DNA of 56,841 bases, taken from assembly GCA_964469495.1 (NCBI GenBank), contig CAYXYY010000030.1, forward strand, positions 76,262 through 133,102, written 5' to 3'. Below, piece by piece: positions 34,907 to 43,725 of this stretch (the first letter of the stretch is position 1; every line of letters starts with the position of its first letter). The notes under the pieces were generated by a model. That model was not told the DNA's origin, made no database searches, and worked only from the letters and a program-made list of their open reading frames with translations. Origin of the DNA: an uncultured Planctomycetia bacterium. GTDB lineage: Bacteria; Omnitrophota; Gorgyraeia; S143-82. The translations under genes were made by a program, and so were the position numbers.

Positions 34907-35065
34907 TCAGACCTCTTCGAACTCATCTTTGCCAACACCGCATATAGGGCAAATCCAATCGTCAGCAAGATCCTCAAACGGGGTCATGGGATCAACGCCA
35001 TTGTCAGGATCGCCCACCTGCGGATCGTATATATAACCACATACCTTACACCTGAAAGACTTCAT
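34907..35065 (-). CDS. Rubredoxin (52 aa)
   Basis: [33 protein letters not shown]; SD AAGGAGG. Confidence 0.96.
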   Translation of the reverse strand: MKSFRCKVCGYIYDPQVGDPDNGVDPMTPFEDLADDWICPICGVGKDEFEEV

Positions 35066-35086
35066 CACGCCCTCCTTATTAGAGGT

Positions 35087-35095
35087 ATTATACCA
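35087..35095 (-). promoter_or_regulatory. Extended -10 promoter of the rubredoxin operon
   Basis: TGGTATAAT about 22 nt upstream of the rubredoxin ATG. Confidence 0.55.
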
Positions 35096-35161
35096 CAAAA
35101 TTTGGTACGATACTCCTAAATATCTCAAATAACAGGGATAAATGTCAGCAAAAGGAGGGCT

Positions 35162-35198
35162 GAGAGGCAAACCCTAGGTGGCGGAGAGCTTGCCTCTC
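35162..35198. other. GC-rich stem-loop in an intergenic region (candidate ncRNA or regulatory element)
   Basis: GAGAGGCAA (35162-35170) pairs perfectly with TTGCCTCTC (35190-35198); 19-nt loop. Confidence 0.55.
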
Positions 35199-35277
35199 GT
35201 GGGGGACGTTTATTGCTATCAAAAACCCAACTTAAACATTCCTTCCTTTTTCTGTCCCATCCTTGCCATCTATGGGA

Positions 35278-35306
35278 AATATAATCAATAGCCGCTTAAA
35301 TGTCAA
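35278..35306 (-). promoter_or_regulatory. Near-consensus sigma70 promoter, upstream of the stem-loop
   Basis: Minus strand TTGACA-17 nt-TATATT. Confidence 0.6.
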
Positions 35307-35373
35307 CTTTTTATTTTTATTTTTAAAGTTTTATGCGCTGTGAGAACAAAAATTCCATTTTGGCCTGACAAAG

Positions 35374-35382
35374 TGTTAAAAT
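35374..35382 (+). promoter_or_regulatory. Extended -10 placed for a leaderless murB transcript
   Basis: TGT-TAAAAT-AATCCT-ATG (35389); no SD. Confidence 0.5.
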
Positions 35383-35388
35383 AATCCT

Positions 35389-36240
35389 ATGTTTCAGAGG
35401 ATTGTCATACAAGAAGACGTGCCTGTAAAAGGGCTTTCAAGCTTTAGAACCGGCGGCAGGGCCAGGTATATGGCAATAGCGCACAATATAGACGAATTGG
35501 CGGCTATAAGGGATTTTGCCTCTATGCAGGGCCTGCCGTTATACATCATTGGCGAAGGCACTAACGTGCTTTTTAAAGACGGTAAATTGAATCTCTGCAT
35601 TCTAAAGTTGTCCGGTGAATTTTCTAAACACAGATTGTCTAAAGATTCTGTTATAGAGGCAGGCGCGGGAGTAAGGTTGTCTTCTATTATCAACACCTAT
35701 CAACATTTAGAACCGGGATTAAACGTCTTCACCGGCCTGCCGGGCACTATGGGCGGCGCGTGTTTTGGCAATGCTGGCGTAAACATACGGGGAAAGCGCT
35801 TCTCTATGATGGATGCCGCAAAAAACGTATACATTTTCTCAAACAACCAGAAGCAAAAAATCCCCAAAGAACAGGTATCTTACAAATACAGGCAAACTGA
35901 TATATCCGGTATAATAACTGGGGTTGAAATAGGCCTTGCGGCATTTACTCCGTTTAGAGACGACATCCCGCAGCGTCCTGCGATCGAACCTTTTCCAAAC
36001 ACCGGCTGCATCTTTAAAAACCCTGTTCAATGCCCTCCTGCTGGCAAGCTCATAGACGAATGCGGGCTCAAGGGTACAAGGATAGGCGGGGCGATGGTGT
36101 CTAATATACATGCCAATTTTATTTTAAATGTAGAAAATGCCTCCGCTCAGGATATAATAGAGCTCATAGAACTGATAAAAAATAGTGTTCTAAAAAAAAC
36201 AGGCATAGAATTGGAACTTGAAATTAAGGTGGTTGGATAA
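35389..36240 (+). CDS. murB: UDP-N-acetylenolpyruvoylglucosamine reductase
   Basis: SSFRTGGRA, IIGEGTNVL, GLPGTMGGACFGNAG, GCIFKNP, HANFILN, LELEIKVVG. Confidence 0.93.
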   Translation: MFQRIVIQEDVPVKGLSSFRTGGRARYMAIAHNIDELAAIRDFASMQGLPLYIIGEGTNVLFKDGKLNLCILKLSGEFSKHRLSKDSVIEAGAGVRLSSIINTYQHLEPGLNVFTGLPGTMGGACFGNAGVNIRGKRFSMMDAAKNVYIFSNNQKQKIPKEQVSYKYRQTDISGIITGVEIGLAAFTPFRDDIPQRPAIEPFPNTGCIFKNPVQCPPAGKLIDECGLKGTRIGGAMVSNIHANFILNVENASAQDIIELIELIKNSVLKKTGIELELEIKVVG

Positions 36241-37133
36241 TGAAAGTATGTGTGTTAATGGGCGGGGTTTCTGAGGAACGAGATATTTCCATAAAATCCG
36301 GCACGGCTGTTTTAGATGCCCTAATGACCCTTGGTATGGAGGCAAATGCCTTGGATGTTAAAGGAGAAGTTGAATGGATAGACAAGAATCTTCCTCAGGC
36401 GGACGTTTATTTTATCGCTTTGCACGGGAAATTCGGCGAGGACGGACAAATTCAGGGATATCTCCAAGAAAAGGGCATTGCTTATACAGGGTCGGGCCCG
36501 TTGGCAAGTAAAATCGCTATGGATAAATGCCTGTCAAGAAAGGCATTTCAAGAAAATGGGCTTCCAATAGCGCACGGCATTTGCCTGACTAAAGGACAAA
36601 AGGCCGCTCTTAATCAAATCAAACTCCCTGCGGTTGTAAAACCTTCTTCATCAGGATCAAGTTTTGGTATATCTATCGCAGATAATTTAAACAGCCTTGT
36701 TGATGCTATTGAAAACGCTTTCAAATTCTCAGATAGGGTATTAATAGAGGATTTTATCAAGGGGAAGGAAATAACTGTCGGCATCCTCAATGGCCAGCCG
36801 TTAACTCCTATTGAGATAAGGCCTGTGGAGTCTGCTTATTTTGACCTTGACGCAAAGTATACCAAAGGGAAAACCGAATATATAGTCCCTGCCAATATCA
36901 GTCAGGGGCAGGCTTCTCTTGTAAAAGATCTGGCGAAACAGGCATTTGATTGTATAGGTTGCAGAGGCTTTGGCAGAGTTGATATAATACTATCCGGAAG
37001 CAAAGCGGTTCTCTTGGAAGTCAATACCATACCCGGTATGACAGAACTCAGCCTTCTGCCCATGGCTGCAAAGGCAGATGGCATCGGCTTTGCCGAACTG
37101 TGTAAAACGATAATACAAAACGCAAAGGAATAA
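36240..37133 (+). CDS. ddl: D-alanine-D-alanine ligase
   Basis: LMGGVSEERDISIKSG, ALHGKFGEDG, GSSFGI, LEVNTIPGMTELSLLP. Confidence 0.96.
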   Translation: MKVCVLMGGVSEERDISIKSGTAVLDALMTLGMEANALDVKGEVEWIDKNLPQADVYFIALHGKFGEDGQIQGYLQEKGIAYTGSGPLASKIAMDKCLSRKAFQENGLPIAHGICLTKGQKAALNQIKLPAVVKPSSSGSSFGISIADNLNSLVDAIENAFKFSDRVLIEDFIKGKEITVGILNGQPLTPIEIRPVESAYFDLDAKYTKGKTEYIVPANISQGQASLVKDLAKQAFDCIGCRGFGRVDIILSGSKAVLLEVNTIPGMTELSLLPMAAKADGIGFAELCKTIIQNAKE

Positions 37134-37136
37134 TAT

Positions 37137-37895
37137 ATGCCAAGAAATAAACCGAAAATAACAAAAAAACAATTAATGATATGGGCATTTGCAGCAGCGC
37201 TTGTTATAGGCCTGATTTTTTTAATCTTTTCCGCTTTTAGGTGGTTTATATTTAAAAATCCGTTCTTTGAGGTGCAAAAGATAGAAACGATAGGCGCAGA
37301 TATACCAAAGTCATACATCTTTTCTCTGCATGGGCAAAACATATTTAGCATTAATCTAAAAGAACTTTACCTGTCTTTGAGGGGAAAATATCCATATGCC
37401 AAAGAGATTTCCATAATAAAAAAACTGCCTAACGAGATAGATATAACCATAACTCAAAGGATCCCTGTTTTGGTAATCAAAAAAGGCCGGGCAATCTATC
37501 CTGTTGACGAAATGGGTATGGTCCTGCCTTCCACTCAAACACTTCCTAGGGCCAAGATATTAAGGGTTATTATCAACGATGAAAAGGCCGTGGCTCCTGG
37601 CAAATTCATAAAAGAAGAAGGCCTGTTTCTTGCAATAGATCTTATAAAGGCGCTTGAAGAGACAAAACTCATCAATGTAATAGACTTTTCTTACATAGAT
37701 GCCAGAGAACCTTATGAGTTAAGGCTGTATTTAAAGAACAAAAGCGTTTGGAAAATGAGGACAAAGGATTATAAAAACAAGCTGGCTCTTTTCAAAAAGA
37801 TGATGTTGGATTCTTATTTGGAAAGCGCAAAACAGGCAAAAAAAGGAAGCTATCTATTATTTTTAGATGACGGGACAATAACCACAAGCCTGTGA
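37137..37895 (+). CDS. ftsQ: Cell division protein FtsQ/DivIB
   Basis: Basic N-terminus, single TM, POTRA-like domain (FEVQKIE..GQNIFSINL..IKKLPNEIDITITQRIP), YIDAR; position after ddl. Confidence 0.82.
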   Translation: MPRNKPKITKKQLMIWAFAAALVIGLIFLIFSAFRWFIFKNPFFEVQKIETIGADIPKSYIFSLHGQNIFSINLKELYLSLRGKYPYAKEISIIKKLPNEIDITITQRIPVLVIKKGRAIYPVDEMGMVLPSTQTLPRAKILRVIINDEKAVAPGKFIKEEGLFLAIDLIKALEETKLINVIDFSYIDAREPYELRLYLKNKSVWKMRTKDYKNKLALFKKMMLDSYLESAKQAKKGSYLLFLDDGTITTSL

Positions 37896-39076
37896 TCGAT
37901 ATGCCTAAACAATGCCTTTTTCTAGACATAGACAAGACTCGGATTATAGGTGGATTTATTCCTGAATCAGGGATTCCTCAAGTCGAATTAGTAAAAATCG
38001 ACCCCATGAAAGACTCTTATCAGGAGGACATGCAAGCAGAAATCGTAAAGCTTTTATTGAATCTGAAACAAAAACACAAAACCAAATCGGTATTGGTATC
38101 TTTAGGCGCGCCAGATATATCCTTTATTTATATAAAAGAGGTCAACGTATTCAAAAAAAAGTCCAGAATTTCGGAACAGGTTATCAATGATTTGAGGTTA
38201 AACTCTATACGCAGAGGCACGGGCGAAAACAAGACTTTCATCTGCAATATAGTCAAAGGCATTGACATAGACGGCGTAAAATACCCTGGCCTGCCCAAAG
38301 ACAAAAAACTATACGGAACCAACGTTGTGTTGGAAAACTTTCTGGCCATATGCGATAACGAACAGATAAACTTCATCAAGTCCTGTATAAAACGGGCAAA
38401 ATGCAAGCCGTCGGGATTTATCGCACGGGAAATCCTCGTCAGTTCTCAATCAATAAACAGCCGTCAGAAACACAACGGCGCAATATTCATTGACATTGGC
38501 AGCCAAAACACAACTGTCGTGTTCTTTTATCAGGGAATTATACAAAAACTCCTCGTTTATCCTTACGGCAGCAAAGACATTACGTCCCTCGTTATGAAGG
38601 AGTTCGGGATGCCGTTTTCCGCGGCGGAATATATACAAAACAAATACGTTGACGCCGATATCCTAAAAAAATTATCCAGTACAGAATCTATATGCTTTAC
38701 GCAAAACCACAAGAAATACAGCGTAGATATGGGACGTTTGTGCCAAATAGTAAGTGAGGGCATACGCAATATATGTATGAGCATAAAAAACGACATATTT
38801 ACTTGGAATTATTCTCTTGATAACGCCAAGATATTTATAACAGGCGGGATTACCTCTCTTGACGGATTTTTAGAAACAGCGGAATATATTTTTAACATGC
38901 CGGTGGAACTAGCTTACTGCAAAAATCAATCCTGCATACAACTGCCGGGAACGCTAATGTCATACGCCATCGTGCCGGGAGCGCTGTGGCACAGCATCTC
39001 CCGCGGTGAAGTTCAAAATCAGAGTTTTAAGGAGAAATTATGGATGACCTGGAAAGATTTCTGGAGCATATTCTAA
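37892..39076 (+). CDS. ftsA: Cell division protein FtsA (divergent)
   Basis: LFLDID, IFIDIGSQNT, IFITGGITSLDG, C-terminal amphipathic helix FKEKLWMTWKDFWSIF; follows ftsQ. Confidence 0.8.
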   Translation: MIDMPKQCLFLDIDKTRIIGGFIPESGIPQVELVKIDPMKDSYQEDMQAEIVKLLLNLKQKHKTKSVLVSLGAPDISFIYIKEVNVFKKKSRISEQVINDLRLNSIRRGTGENKTFICNIVKGIDIDGVKYPGLPKDKKLYGTNVVLENFLAICDNEQINFIKSCIKRAKCKPSGFIAREILVSSQSINSRQKHNGAIFIDIGSQNTTVVFFYQGIIQKLLVYPYGSKDITSLVMKEFGMPFSAAEYIQNKYVDADILKKLSSTESICFTQNHKKYSVDMGRLCQIVSEGIRNICMSIKNDIFTWNYSLDNAKIFITGGITSLDGFLETAEYIFNMPVELAYCKNQSCIQLPGTLMSYAIVPGALWHSISRGEVQNQSFKEKLWMTWKDFWSIF

Positions 39077-39366
39077 ACGCTTCCCAAGACGTAAATCTTA
39101 CAGAGTTTGAAAAGGCGGTATTAAAAAAGGCCATGGGAATCCCTATAGGAAAGACAATGACTTACAGCGAACTGGCAAAGGCCATAGGAAAACCGAAGAG
39201 CGCTCGCGCAGTGGGAAACGCGCTTAACAAAAATCCCTTCCCTATTTTTGTACCATGCCATAGAATAGTCTCTAAAAAGGATATAGGCGGTTTTTCCAAA
39301 GGCGTAAAAGCAAAACAAATGCTCTTGGATATAGAGCAAAAAATAAAGGAGATATTATGGGGCTGA
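39040..39366 (+). CDS. ogt: Methylated-DNA-protein-cysteine methyltransferase (C-terminal domain only)
   Basis: IPIGKTMTYSELA, ARAVGNA, active site VPCHRIV. Confidence 0.88.
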   Translation: MDDLERFLEHILNASQDVNLTEFEKAVLKKAMGIPIGKTMTYSELAKAIGKPKSARAVGNALNKNPFPIFVPCHRIVSKKDIGGFSKGVKAKQMLLDIEQKIKEILWG

Positions 39367-40331
39367 CTTATAAAAAGGCCGGTGTCGACGTTCAAAAAGG
39401 CGAGGCCTTTGTTGACTTCATAAAGAAATCCGGAGGTATCAATACTTCATTCGGAGCAGGGCTTGAGATAAGCTGCAAAAAATATACCCGCCCGATAATC
39501 GTATCTTCAGCAGACGGTGTCGGGACAAAACTGAAAATTGCGTTTATGTGCAACAAACACGACACCGTTGGGATAGATTTGGTCGCTATGAATGTAAACG
39601 ACCTGCTCTGCACCGGGGCAAAACCATTATTCTTTTTAGACTATATAGCAACAGGAAAACTTAAATTGGGGGTTCTTAAAAAGGTAATGAACGGAATATT
39701 AAAGGGCTGCGCTTTGGCCCAATGCCCATTAATAGGCGGAGAAACGGCTGAGATGCCAGACTTTTACAAGCCCGGAGAATACGACTTGTCAGGGTTTGCC
39801 ACAGGCGTAGTTGATAAAAAGGATATTTTGCCCAAGACGAAAAAAATCAAGACAAGCGACGTCGTCATCGGCATAGCCTCATCAGGATTTCACAGCAATG
39901 GATTCTCTTTGATAAGAAAGGCCTTCCCCTCATCTTATATAAAAAAACACTGCGAGGTATTTTTAATGCCCACGAGAATATACACGGATATCGTTATCCG
40001 CCTTATAAAGCGATTTGACATAAAACAGATTGCGCACATCACAGGAGGCGGATTTCCCCTTAAAGCGGTCAAAGGCCTCCCAGAAAAGATAGGCATGGTC
40101 ATAGATAAGAGTTCATGGCCTGTTCCAGAAGAATTTTTAGAACTCAAGGCCCGCGCAAGGATATCTGAAAAACAGATGTTCTCAACATTCAATATGGGCA
40201 TAGGAATGACTATGGTGGTCAACAAAAAAGATGCGCAATCGGCTATAACGGACATTCGAAAGGAATTTAAAGTAAAGGCATATATTATAGGCCATCTGGA
40301 AAAATCCAACGAAAAAATTCGGTTTATATAG
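39357..40331 (+). CDS. purM: Phosphoribosylaminoimidazole (AIR) synthetase
   Basis: TYKKAGVD, DGVGTKL, IGGETAEMP, SSGFHSNGFSL, AHITGGG, TFNMGIG. Confidence 0.96.
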   Translation: MGLTYKKAGVDVQKGEAFVDFIKKSGGINTSFGAGLEISCKKYTRPIIVSSADGVGTKLKIAFMCNKHDTVGIDLVAMNVNDLLCTGAKPLFFLDYIATGKLKLGVLKKVMNGILKGCALAQCPLIGGETAEMPDFYKPGEYDLSGFATGVVDKKDILPKTKKIKTSDVVIGIASSGFHSNGFSLIRKAFPSSYIKKHCEVFLMPTRIYTDIVIRLIKRFDIKQIAHITGGGFPLKAVKGLPEKIGMVIDKSSWPVPEEFLELKARARISEKQMFSTFNMGIGMTMVVNKKDAQSAITDIRKEFKVKAYIIGHLEKSNEKIRFI

Positions 40332-40333
40332 TA

Positions 40334-41029
40334 TTACACCCTGTGTTCTATCTGCTCTAATAGAGAGTCAAAGATATTATCATAGTCTTTAACATCATCC
40401 ATAAACGGCATTAACCCAAGATTAGACGTCTTTCCTATTCTGCATATGGTTTCTATGTTGTCCTTTCGCACATTGGCAGGGCAGTCAAAGGCCTCATTAA
40501 ACACCAATCCTATCAGTTTAATCCTCCTACGGTGCAATGCCTCTATAGTCAAAAGGCTGTGGTTAATAGCCCCCACAATATTACGGACAACCAAAACAAC
40601 GGGGAGTTTAAATTCTTTCACCAAATCTATCAACAATAACTTCTTTGAAAACGGCACCAGCGCGCCGCCCACTCCTTCCACGATTAACCTCTCAGACGCA
40701 GAAGAGGCAAAGTCAAATGCCTGTTTTATAATCGCTTTAGATATCCGCCTATTCGTCAACCCGGCGACAAAATGGGGAGAGGCCGGCATAACAAAACTAT
40801 AAGGGTTCATATCTGTTCTTTTCAACAAGATATCCTCGCCTATGCCTGCAACGTCTAATGCAAAAGAAACATCCTCTGAAAAACCAAATCTGTCGCCAGT
40901 AGATACCCACTTCTGCGGAAAGGCAATAAACCCGTTGCGCACATAGGCGCGCAATAGGCCTGCCGTTAAAATAGTCTTCCCGACTCCTGTATCTGTGCCA
41001 AGGATGATGAATGCGTTTTTATTGCTCAT
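40334..41029 (-). CDS. bioD: Dethiobiotin synthase
   Basis: LGTDTGVGKT, PASPH, IVEGVGG, GAINHSLLT. Confidence 0.93.
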   Translation of the reverse strand: MSNKNAFIILGTDTGVGKTILTAGLLRAYVRNGFIAFPQKWVSTGDRFGFSEDVSFALDVAGIGEDILLKRTDMNPYSFVMPASPHFVAGLTNRRISKAIIKQAFDFASSASERLIVEGVGGALVPFSKKLLLIDLVKEFKLPVVLVVRNIVGAINHSLLTIEALHRRRIKLIGLVFNEAFDCPANVRKDNIETICRIGKTSNLGLMPFMDDVKDYDNIFDSLLEQIEHRV

Positions 41030-41814
41030 TGTAGCGCGTCTAATATCTTATTGTATTCATCAATCAAGGCCTTATTCCCTATATCCCAGATATTCTTGCC
41101 CTTGTCTGCCCCTGCTGATGCCTCTGGGACAAAAGGTATTCTGGCTATGGTCTTTGCCTTAAGTTCCTGCCAATAGGCCTCGTCTCTTGCAAACATCTCT
41201 ATTTCTTTACCGCAGTGCGGGCATAACATATACGACATATTTTCAACCAGCCCCAATATAGGTATTCCCATTTTCTTTGCAAAAGAAACGCTCCTCTCTG
41301 TGTCTAAAAGCGCAACCTTTTGCGGTGTTGAAACTATTATACAGCCTTTCATCTTATCCTTTGCAAACTGCATTACAGTCAACGGCTCGTCTCCTGTCCC
41401 CGGGGGAGAATCTATCAAAAGATAGTCCAAATCCCCCCAATTCACGTCCTTCAAAAACTGCAAGATAACGCCTATCTTTATCGGCCCTCTCCATATAACC
41501 GCATCTCCTTTTGGCACATTAGCAGCCAAACTGATGACTTTTACTCCATCTGCGCCTATCAAAGGGTTTACCCTCTTATCGGTATCCGCCGTGAGTTCTC
41601 CTTCTGCGCCTAACATAGCCAAGACATTTGGCCCATGCAGGTCCGTATCCAAAAGCCCAACCTTATATCCCCTTTTGGCAAGGCCTATAACCGCATTAAC
41701 CGATACGGAAGTCTTTCCAACTCCGCCCTTGCCGCTCATAACAAGGACGATATTCTTGATAGTTTCCAGATTTTTGCGCACGTTTTCAAAGTTCTCTTTT
41801 ACACCCGGATTCAT
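41026..41814 (-). CDS. mrp: Mrp/NBP35 (ApbC) Fe-S carrier ATPase
   Basis: MSGKGGVGKT, DTDLHGP, WRGP, DSPPGTGD, ENMSYMLCPHC; SD GGAGG before the ATG at 41814. Confidence 0.93.
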   Translation of the reverse strand: MNPGVKENFENVRKNLETIKNIVLVMSGKGGVGKTSVSVNAVIGLAKRGYKVGLLDTDLHGPNVLAMLGAEGELTADTDKRVNPLIGADGVKVISLAANVPKGDAVIWRGPIKIGVILQFLKDVNWGDLDYLLIDSPPGTGDEPLTVMQFAKDKMKGCIIVSTPQKVALLDTERSVSFAKKMGIPILGLVENMSYMLCPHCGKEIEMFARDEAYWQELKAKTIARIPFVPEASAGADKGKNIWDIGNKALIDEYNKILDALQ

Positions 41815-41877
41815 ATTACCTCCTTTGATTGTCTCTATATTATACAAGATCCCCCTATTATTTTTTAACAAAAAACT

Positions 41878-41905
41878 TTGATTTTGGAGATATTCATAGT
41901 AAACT
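41878..41905 (+). promoter_or_regulatory. Promoter for tRNA-Arg and mrdA
   Basis: TTGATT-16 nt-TAAACT about 20 nt before the tRNA. Confidence 0.45.
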
Positions 41906-41926
41906 TATAAATTCTAATGGACGCGT

Positions 41927-42000
41927 GCGCCCATAGCTCAATTGGATAGAGCTCTGGCCTACGGAGCCAGGTGTTGGGGGTTCGAATCCCTCTGGGCGCG
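41927..42000 (+). tRNA. tRNA-Arg (anticodon ACG)
   Basis: GCGCCCA/TGGGCGC acceptor stem, TAGCTCAATTGGATAGAGC D-arm, CTGGC-CTACGGA-GCCAG anticodon arm, GGTTCGAATCC. Confidence 0.97.
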
Positions 42001-42011
42001 CTTTTAATATA

Positions 42012-43724
42012 ATGGACAAACACGATCACATAAAGACAATTATAGGTCTGCTATTCTTCCTGCTTATAAGCGGGCTATTTTATTTACAGGTTATTAAATA
42101 CCCGCACTATCGCATATTAAGCAAAAAAAATTACATTCGTCTTCTGCCTTTGCCTGCTATGCGGGGAAAGATATTAGACTCCTTTGGACGTCCTTTGGCA
42201 GATAGCAGAATATGTTATGACGTCGTAATCGATCCTACTGCGCGTAATAAAAAATACATCTTTGCATTCCTGTCTAAGATCCTGAAACAACCCGAAAAGG
42301 AATTGCGCGCAGTCTATAAGAGAAACTTCTTTGCCGCGTTCATTCCCGTGATGGTTGCTCACGACATCAACAGAAAAACCGCTATAACGTTGGAAGAAAA
42401 CAGGATATTCTGTCCTCAAGTATACGTCCAGCCCCGCCCTGTAAGACAATATCCTTATGGAGCGGTTTTTGCCCACGTCTTGGGATACGTCAGGCAAATT
42501 GACGCAAACAAATTAAAAAAACTAAAAGAATATGGCTATAAACAAAGGGATATCATCGGATATCAAGGTATAGAAGAGAAATACGAACCATATCTGCACG
42601 GGAAACCGGGGGCCGTGCAGATCATCGTCGACAACATGGGGCGACCTGTAAAAACTATAAGCAGGACGCCTCCTAAAAATGGGACAACAATCATAACCAC
42701 CTTAAATCAAAAACTCCAACAGATTGCCTATACACACATTAAAGGCCACAGAGGCAGTATTATAATTATGGAGACACACTCCGGAGCAATACGCGCCCTG
42801 TGCAGCAGCCCATCATACGACAATAACATATTTACGAATAAATCAAAATCAAACAAAATACCAATCATTATCTCCAACCCATATGCGCCGCTCTTAAACA
42901 GGGCAATTTCTTCAGCATATCCTCCCGGCTCGACATTCAAGATTGTAACAGCGGCAGCAGGATTAGATATCGGGGCAATAGACTATAACACAAATTTTAC
43001 CTGTCATGGTTTCATAGAATACGGAGGCACCAGATTTGGCTGTGCGCACCATCACGGACCACAGAACGTTGTCTTGGCACTAGCTCATTCCTGCAACGTG
43101 TTTTTCTATGAGCTCGGACTTAGATTAGGCGCAAGGGGTCTTCTGCCATATGCAAAAGTATTTGGATTTGGAGAAAAAACAGAAATAGACCTACCCGGAG
43201 AAAATGCAGGCCTTCTCCCCAGTCCGCAATATAAACGCAAGAAATTTCATCAAAACTGGTATGACGGCGACACACTAAACCTCTCCATTGGCCAAGGATA
43301 TCTATTGGCAACTCCCATACAGGTCCTGTGCGCAATGAATGCAATTGCCAATAACGGAGTGTGGGTCAGGCCGTATATAGTCGAATTTACAGGGCAGGCA
43401 AAGGCCAACAGCGTTTTCACAAGAAATCTCGGATTGGGGAAAAAGGACATACAAAAAATCAAAAAGGGGCTTGAAATGGCCGTATCACTAGAAGACGGAA
43501 CAGCGCACGTGTTAGACCTTACCTTTATCTCCGTTGCAGGGAAGACAGGAACAGCGCAGTCGGTAAAAGGCAAACCCGCGCACGCATGGTTTACAGGGTA
43601 TTTCCCTGCAAGCAAACCCCAATACAGCGTTGTAATAATGCTGGAATACGGAGTAAGCAGTTATTATGCCTGCGAATTACTAAAAGAAATACTTGAAGAT
43701 ATGCACAATTGCGGGATTATTTAG
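42012..43724 (+). CDS. mrdA: Penicillin-binding protein 2
   Basis: TM anchor, RGKILD dimerization domain, SxxK (GSTFK), SxN (SCN), KTG (GKTGTAQ). Confidence 0.93.
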   Translation: MDKHDHIKTIIGLLFFLLISGLFYLQVIKYPHYRILSKKNYIRLLPLPAMRGKILDSFGRPLADSRICYDVVIDPTARNKKYIFAFLSKILKQPEKELRAVYKRNFFAAFIPVMVAHDINRKTAITLEENRIFCPQVYVQPRPVRQYPYGAVFAHVLGYVRQIDANKLKKLKEYGYKQRDIIGYQGIEEKYEPYLHGKPGAVQIIVDNMGRPVKTISRTPPKNGTTIITTLNQKLQQIAYTHIKGHRGSIIIMETHSGAIRALCSSPSYDNNIFTNKSKSNKIPIIISNPYAPLLNRAISSAYPPGSTFKIVTAAAGLDIGAIDYNTNFTCHGFIEYGGTRFGCAHHHGPQNVVLALAHSCNVFFYELGLRLGARGLLPYAKVFGFGEKTEIDLPGENAGLLPSPQYKRKKFHQNWYDGDTLNLSIGQGYLLATPIQVLCAMNAIANNGVWVRPYIVEFTGQAKANSVFTRNLGLGKKDIQKIKKGLEMAVSLEDGTAHVLDLTFISVAGKTGTAQSVKGKPAHAWFTGYFPASKPQYSVVIMLEYGVSSYYACELLKEILEDMHNCGII

Positions 43725-43725
43725 A

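Noticed and set aside
35150-35200. Resemblance to TPP (CTGAGAG..ACCC), glycine (CTCTCAG) or c-di-GMP-I (GGCAAACC) riboswitches
   Set aside because: Only single short motifs match; the other required elements (AACCTGAT, CCGAAGG, GACGCAAAGC) are missing, so no named riboswitch is called.
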